Notes under the pieces: generated by a model | Seen by the model: the letters and a program-made list of their open reading frames with translations, nothing else | Databases searched by the model: none | What the model was told of the DNA's origin: nothing | From: Candidatus Delongbacteria bacterium | Lineage (GTDB): Bacteria; CAIWAD01 | Length of the DNA stretch: 64,000 nt | Assembly (NCBI GenBank): GCA_041675285.1 | Contig: JBAYTZ010000007.1 | Location: 1,480-65,479, forward strand | Direction: 5' to 3' | Program-made: the position numbers and the translations under genes | Shown here: one piece after another, positions 56,158 through 64,000 of the stretch | Layout of the letters: every line of letters begins with the position of its first letter | Numbering within the stretch: position 1 is the stretch's first letter

Positions 56158-56648
56158 GTGCTGCGCATCACCAAACAAACAGATTACGGCATCGTGCTCA
56201 TGACCCTGTTCGCCACCCGGCGCAACGGCGAGGCGCGGAGCGCGCGGGACCTAGCCCTGGAGACGGGTCTGCCCCTGCCCATGGTCGGCAAGATCCTCAA
56301 GCTGCTGGTGCGCGATGGCCTGCTGGCCAGCCAGCGCGGGGCGCGGGGCGGTTATCGGCTCGGTCGACCAGCCGGCCTGATCTTCGTGGCCGACATCGTG
56401 CGCGCGCTGGAAGGCCCCATCGCCATCACGGAGTGTGTGGAGACGGGGCCCGGGGAGTGCCGCTTCCTGGCGGGCTGCTCGCTGCAGCCCAACTGGGTGC
56501 GGATCAACCAGGCCATCCAGCAGGCGCTGCAGGGGATCAGCCTGGAGGACATGGCCCCGGCCGAGGGCGATGGTTGCGGCGCCATGGCCTGTGGCGGCGG
56601 CGTGTCGAAGTCGGCCCAGGCGTTGCGGCAGCTGGCGGAGGGCGCGGC

Positions 56649-56652
<4 letters not shown>
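56158..56652 (+). CDS. Rrf2-family transcriptional regulator (IscR/SufR-like, putative Fe-S-sensing)
   Basis: GGAGGG RBS before the [17 protein letters not shown]...[40 protein letters not shown] wHTH. Three spaced Cys ([15 protein letters not shown]) fit an Fe-S-ligating Rrf2. Confidence 0.7.
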
Positions 56653-58091
<1,439 letters not shown>

Positions 58092-58249
58092 GGGTGGATT
58101 CCGCGGACGGCCACACAGGGCTGGACGCGGAGCGATAACCGCGAAGAGAAGCGCGTGCGGTCCCGGGGCCGGCGAAGGTCGGCGGGGAGCGTGCGGAAGA
58201 GGCTGGAGGCGGCGTGCCGACGCGACCCGGCGCGCAGACAGGAGCGACG

Positions 58250-58998
<749 letters not shown>

Positions 58999-59002
<4 letters not shown>

Positions 59003-60311
59003 ACAGGGCCCGCACCCTGACGGGTTGGCTGACGGATCCGCCTGACGACGCCGGGCTGGTGGCTGGCGAAGCGCGCGCGCGCCTGGCCCGGCGAGCCCTG
59101 GAGCTGGGCCTGCCCACGGCCCGCGACGAAGCCTGGCGCTACTCGCGGCTGGAGGGCCTGGCCGAGGAGGAACTGCTCCTGGCCGGCGAGGGCCCGGCGC
59201 CCACGGCCCCGCAGCTCACGGCCCTGACGCCCGAGGGCGTGCGCGTGGACCGCGTGGTGGTGGTCAACGGCCGCCTGATGCCCGAACTCTGCGAGATCGG
59301 TCCGTTGCCCGCCGGCGTGGGCTTCGGCAGCCTGCGGGCCATGGCCCGGGCCGCCCAGGGGGGACTGAAGGAGGCGGCGGACCTGCTGGAGCGGCTGGAC
59401 AGCCTCTGCCGGCCCGACCAGCGCATGTTCAGCGCCCTCAACACCGCCCTGGCCGGCGACGCCACGGGGCTCTGGGTGCCCGACGGCGTCCGGCTGGAGC
59501 GCCCCCTGCTGGTGATCTCCCTGGTGCTGCCGGGGGCGGACGCGCTGCTCACCCAGCCGCGCCTGCTGGTGATCACCGGCCGGGAGAGCCAGGCCAGCGT
59601 GATGGAGGCCCACGGCGGCTTCGGCCCCACGCCCTACTTCTGCAACGCAGTGAGCGAATTCCACCTGGGCGCGGGCGCCACCCTCGAGCACCTGCGCGTG
59701 CAGCGCGACAGCCCGGCGGGCCGGCGAGTCTCCGGCGCCTTCCTGCGCGTGGAGGCCGGCGCGCACCTGCGCTCCCACACCTTCACCACCGGCGGACGCA
59801 GCGTGCGCAACGAGTTCCAGCTGGAGCTGGCCGGCGCGGGCGCGCGCGGCGAGGTCAACGGCCTCTCCCTCCTGAGCGGCGAGAGCGTGGTGGACAACCA
59901 CACCCACGTGACGCACCTGGCGCCGGACTGCGAGAGCCGCCAGACCTTCCGCTCCATCCTGGCGGAGCGCAGCCGCGGCGTGTTCACGGGCCGCATCCTG
60001 GTGGCCCGGGACGCCCAGCGCACGGACGCCGTGCAGTCCTTCGCCGGCCTGCTGCTCTCCGACACGGCCCGGGCGCTGGCCCGGCCGCAGCTGGAGATCC
60101 TGGCCGACGACGTGAAGTGCACGCACGGCGCCACCGTGGGCAGCCTGGACCCGGACAGCCTGTTCTACCTGCGCAGCCGGGGCATTCCCAAGGCCCTGGC
60201 GCGCCGACTGCTGATCCACGCCTTCTGCTCGGACCTGCTGGGCCGCGTGCGCACCTCGGAGATGGTCAATCCGCTGGACCGCCTGGTGACCCGCACCCTG
60301 GCGGAGCAGGC

Positions 60312-60315
<4 letters not shown>
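58999..60315 (+). CDS. sufD: Fe-S cluster assembly protein SufD
   Basis: ATGA overlap with sufC. SufB/D-family C-terminal region ([27 protein letters not shown]...KCTHGATVG). Confidence 0.8.
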
Positions 60316-61541
<1,226 letters not shown>

Positions 61542-61552
61542 TTCACGGGGAT

Positions 61553-61732
61553 CGCACCACGAAGCACGGGAAGGGGAACGAAGACCACGAAGAGTTTGAT
61601 GGATGGATGCCGTTGTCCGGGTGAGTCAGGCGCTGGCGGTCATTTCAGCGCTGGACTTCATGCGGGTGGTTGGGAGTCTCCTTCAAGCGTTCGGCTTCGT
61701 GTTCTTCTGCGGACTTCGTGCCCTTCGTGGTG
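61553..61732. promoter_or_regulatory. Long imperfect inverted repeat built from CACGAAG heptamers (3 direct copies at 61555-61594, 3 inverted copies at 61695-61732) in the sufS-sufT intercistronic region
   Basis: CACCACGAAG...ACGAAG..CACGAAG versus CTTCGTG...CTTCGTG..CTTCGTGGTG, separated by ~100 nt. Could fold into a long-range RNA stem. Confidence 0.4.
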
Positions 61733-61760
61733 AAACGGGTTGAACGGTAGGAGCAGAAAC

Positions 61761-62075
61761 ATGCTGGACAAGCAGGCCCTGGAAGAGCGGATCGTCGCGG
61801 CGCTTAAGACGGTCTTCGACCCGGAGATCCCGGTGGACATCCACTCGCTCGGGTTGATCTACGGCGTGGACATCGCCGACGACGGCTTCGTGCAGGTGAG
61901 CATGACCCTGACCACGCCCAACTGCCCCGAAGCCGAGGCCCTGCCCGGGCGGGTCACCGAATGCGTGCTGGACGTGGACGGCGTGCAGGGCGTGCACGTG
62001 GACCTGGTCTGGGAACCCACCTGGACCAAGGACATGATGAGCGACGCGGCGCGCTTGCAGCTGGGCTTCTTCTGA
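61761..62075 (+). CDS. sufT: SUF-associated Fe-S assembly protein, DUF59/MIP18 (SufT-like)
   Basis: GGTAGGAG RBS. FDPEIPVDIHSLGLIYGVDI...TLTTPNCP motif of the DUF59 family. Confidence 0.6.
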   Translation: MLDKQALEERIVAALKTVFDPEIPVDIHSLGLIYGVDIADDGFVQVSMTLTTPNCPEAEALPGRVTECVLDVDGVQGVHVDLVWEPTWTKDMMSDAARLQLGFF

Positions 62076-62731
62076 TGATCAATCTGGACCCCGCCCTGGG
62101 CGGCCGGGTGGCGGCGGCCTGGCTGGAACTGGAAGATGTGTGCGTGGCCCCGGCCGGGGCCGAGCAGGCGACGGCCTTCGCCGGGCTGGAGTGCGAGCTG
62201 CTCAGCCTCTACGGCGGCCGGACGCCGGCGGAGATCGAGGGTCTGCAGGCCGCGCGGCGCTTGTATCACGCCGCCGGGGTGGATCCCACCCGCACGCGGC
62301 CCTCCTCCGAGGCCCTGCTGCGGCGCGTGCTCAAGGGCCAGGGCCTGCCCGCCGTGAACAACGCCGTGGACGCGGGCAACGAACTCTCGCTGCGCACCCT
62401 GCTGCCGCTGGGCCTCTACGACGCCGGGCGGATCGAGGGCGCGGTGGAGCTGCGGCGGGGCCGGCCGGGGGAATCCTACCCGGGCATCCGCAAGGAGGAG
62501 GTCCACCTGGAGGGCCGGCTGGGCCTCTTCGACGCCGCCGGTCCCTTCGGCAGCCCCACCAGCGACAGCCCGCGCACGGCGGTGACGGAGGCCAGCCGCC
62601 GCCTGCTGCTGGTGCTGTTCGCGCCCGGCGACCTGCCCGCGGCCCGGCTGGACGGCGCGCTGGAACTGGGCGCGGAGCTGTTCGGCCGCTGGTGCGGTGC
62701 GCGGCCGGGCCGCAGCGGGCGCCTGGCCTGA
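62075..62731 (+). CDS. B3/4 domain-containing protein (tRNA-binding fold, PheT-B3/B4-like)
   Basis: TGATG overlap. Pattern LPAVNNAVDAGNELSLRTLLPLGLYD typical of B3/4 domain proteins. Confidence 0.45.
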   Translation: MINLDPALGGRVAAAWLELEDVCVAPAGAEQATAFAGLECELLSLYGGRTPAEIEGLQAARRLYHAAGVDPTRTRPSSEALLRRVLKGQGLPAVNNAVDAGNELSLRTLLPLGLYDAGRIEGAVELRRGRPGESYPGIRKEEVHLEGRLGLFDAAGPFGSPTSDSPRTAVTEASRRLLLVLFAPGDLPAARLDGALELGAELFGRWCGARPGRSGRLA

Positions 62732-62794
62732 GCCGCCCTTTCTCCCCGGGGATCCTGTTCGCTACCTTGCAGCCAGGGAAGGAACAGGAACACC

Positions 62795-63877
62795 ATGCCA
62801 CTCAGCTTCCATCTTGAATCGGAGGGGGTCCCCGCACCCTCTCACCCCGGGGTCCGGCTCTACGTGGACGGCACGAGCCACGGCATCCGCGAAGACCGGG
62901 ACATCGAACTCAGCCACTGGAATCCCAGCACCACGCCGGAGATCTACCAGGCCGACAGCTCCACGGAGATCGCCCTCAATTTCCTCGTGTTCGGCCGGCT
63001 GCCGGCGGAGGGACTGGTGATCAACAACCACCTGGACGTGGACGGCATCCTCTCGGCCTTCGCCCTGCTGGAGCCCGCGACAGCTCTGGCGCATCGCGAG
63101 CAGCTGGTGGCCGCGGCGGAAACGGGGGATTTCTGGGCCTGGGCGGATGACGGGGCGCTGGGCCTCTACGAGTCGCTGGTGGAGATCCTCGCGGCCGGCC
63201 GCGCCGCCGGCCGGGACGAGCTGCAGTTGCACCACGACTGTTTCCAGGCGCTGCCCGGCCTGCTCAAACAGGACTTGTCCACCCGCGTGCCCGTCGCCCT
63301 GGGCGAGACCGTGCAGCGGCTAAAGGCGGGTCGCCTGCGTCGCCAGCTGCACCACCAACGCTTCGTGGCCTTCGAGATTCCTGCCGCCCTGCACGAGGGC
63401 CGGCTGACGGACGCCCTGCGCGTGAACGAGTTCAACGCCTCCCTGGACGACGGCAGCCTGCTGCACTCCGTGGCGCGCAATCGGCTGGACCGCGAGCGCG
63501 TGCAACTGGTCTCCGTGGAGGGCGCGGGCGGTTGGTATCACGACCTCTGCTATCCGGGCCACATGTGGGCGCTGACGGTGAACCGCTGGCGCGCGCCGGG
63601 CTTCTGGGAAGGCGAGACCAGCAACACCTGGTACTACCGCTTCGCCCCGCTGGAGGAGGCGCTGGCCCGCCTGCAGGCCCGGGAGGGTGGCGGCGGCCGC
63701 TGGCAGAGCGCCGAGGAGCTGACGCCCTTCGCCAGCGTGCTGGGACGCGCCTTTCCCGTGGTGGCCTGCTGCCTGGGCGAGGACGACACGCCGGCGGTCT
63801 CCAGCCTGACGCCGGACGAGGTGGCGCGCGAGCTGCGCGCGGCCTTCACCTGGGACCTGACCGGCAGCCGGGGATGA
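62795..63877 (+). CDS. Hypothetical protein
   Basis: 360-aa ORF with GC3-rich codon usage consistent with its neighbours. No recognised motif. Confidence 0.4.
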   Translation: MPLSFHLESEGVPAPSHPGVRLYVDGTSHGIREDRDIELSHWNPSTTPEIYQADSSTEIALNFLVFGRLPAEGLVINNHLDVDGILSAFALLEPATALAHREQLVAAAETGDFWAWADDGALGLYESLVEILAAGRAAGRDELQLHHDCFQALPGLLKQDLSTRVPVALGETVQRLKAGRLRRQLHHQRFVAFEIPAALHEGRLTDALRVNEFNASLDDGSLLHSVARNRLDRERVQLVSVEGAGGWYHDLCYPGHMWALTVNRWRAPGFWEGETSNTWYYRFAPLEEALARLQAREGGGGRWQSAEELTPFASVLGRAFPVVACCLGEDDTPAVSSLTPDEVARELRAAFTWDLTGSRG

Positions 63878-64000
63878 TCCACGCCGTCGAGGCCACGCTC
63901 TGCTACGTGGAGCGCGCGGGCCAGGTGCTGATGCTGCGCCGCGACAAGCGCCCGGACGATTACCACTACGGTCGCTGCAACGGCTTGGGCGGCAAGCTCG
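63874..64000 (+). CDS. NUDIX hydrolase (MutT-like), 3'-truncated at the window end
   Basis: ATGA overlap. N-terminus LCYVERAGQVLMLRRDKRP...GRCNGLGGKL is the start of a Nudix box. Confidence 0.5.
   Translation, partial: MIHAVEATLCYVERAGQVLMLRRDKRPDDYHYGRCNGLGGKL

Overview
High-GC (~68-70%) bacterial chromosomal window, most likely from an FCB-superphylum or Bacteroidota-like lineage, since several secreted proteins carry Por/T9SS type-A C-terminal sorting domains. Gene density is high and many genes overlap by ATGA or TGATG. The long reverse-frame ORFs in the six-frame track are high-GC artefacts. The window contains, from left to right: (1) 1-5.2 kb: the 3' end of a prophage-like module with two tail-fibre-like repeat proteins, two membrane-anchored coiled-coil (spanin-like) proteins, a holin-like ORF and an SLT lytic transglycosylase, followed by a ~950 bp lower-GC non-coding junction with terminator hairpins on both strands. 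(2) 6.2-13.4 kb: a nucleoside scavenging/salvage cluster with a lipoprotein 5'-nucleotidase, a class V aminotransferase, AMMECR1, cdd, udk, tdk, a NupC transporter and a purine nucleoside phosphorylase. (3) An Omp85-like protein, a BNR/TonB-C fusion protein and an FAD oxidoreductase, followed by a 112-bp tandem repeat array. (4) 19-24.4 kb: a cluster of secreted proteins, including four paralogous T9SS-CTD proteins with a shared novel N-terminal domain and cassette-like mosaic structure, each followed by a strong rho-independent terminator. (5) A GH57-like enzyme and a protein with three CBM20-like domains, forming an extracellular alpha-glucan locus. (6) A GntR - ABC ATPase - two ABC-2 permeases operon, with an unusual 17-copy 11-bp tandem repeat upstream. 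(7) YiiX-like, ICMT-like and C_GCAxxG_C_C genes, then recC-recB-recD. (8) A SulP transporter convergent with an ArsR/DUF2087/GIY-YIG-like fusion. (9) A LemA/TPM/TPM/DUF3788 cluster, a Lys-rich micro-ORF followed by a CoA-binding ORF lacking a canonical start, and an FMN reductase. (10) Two secreted repeat proteins, then an Rrf2-sufBCDS-sufT-like Fe-S cluster operon, a B3/4 domain protein, a hypothetical protein and a partial NUDIX hydrolase. No rRNA, convincing tRNA, CRISPR array or transposase was found. All functional calls come from motif recognition by eye; no database searches were run.
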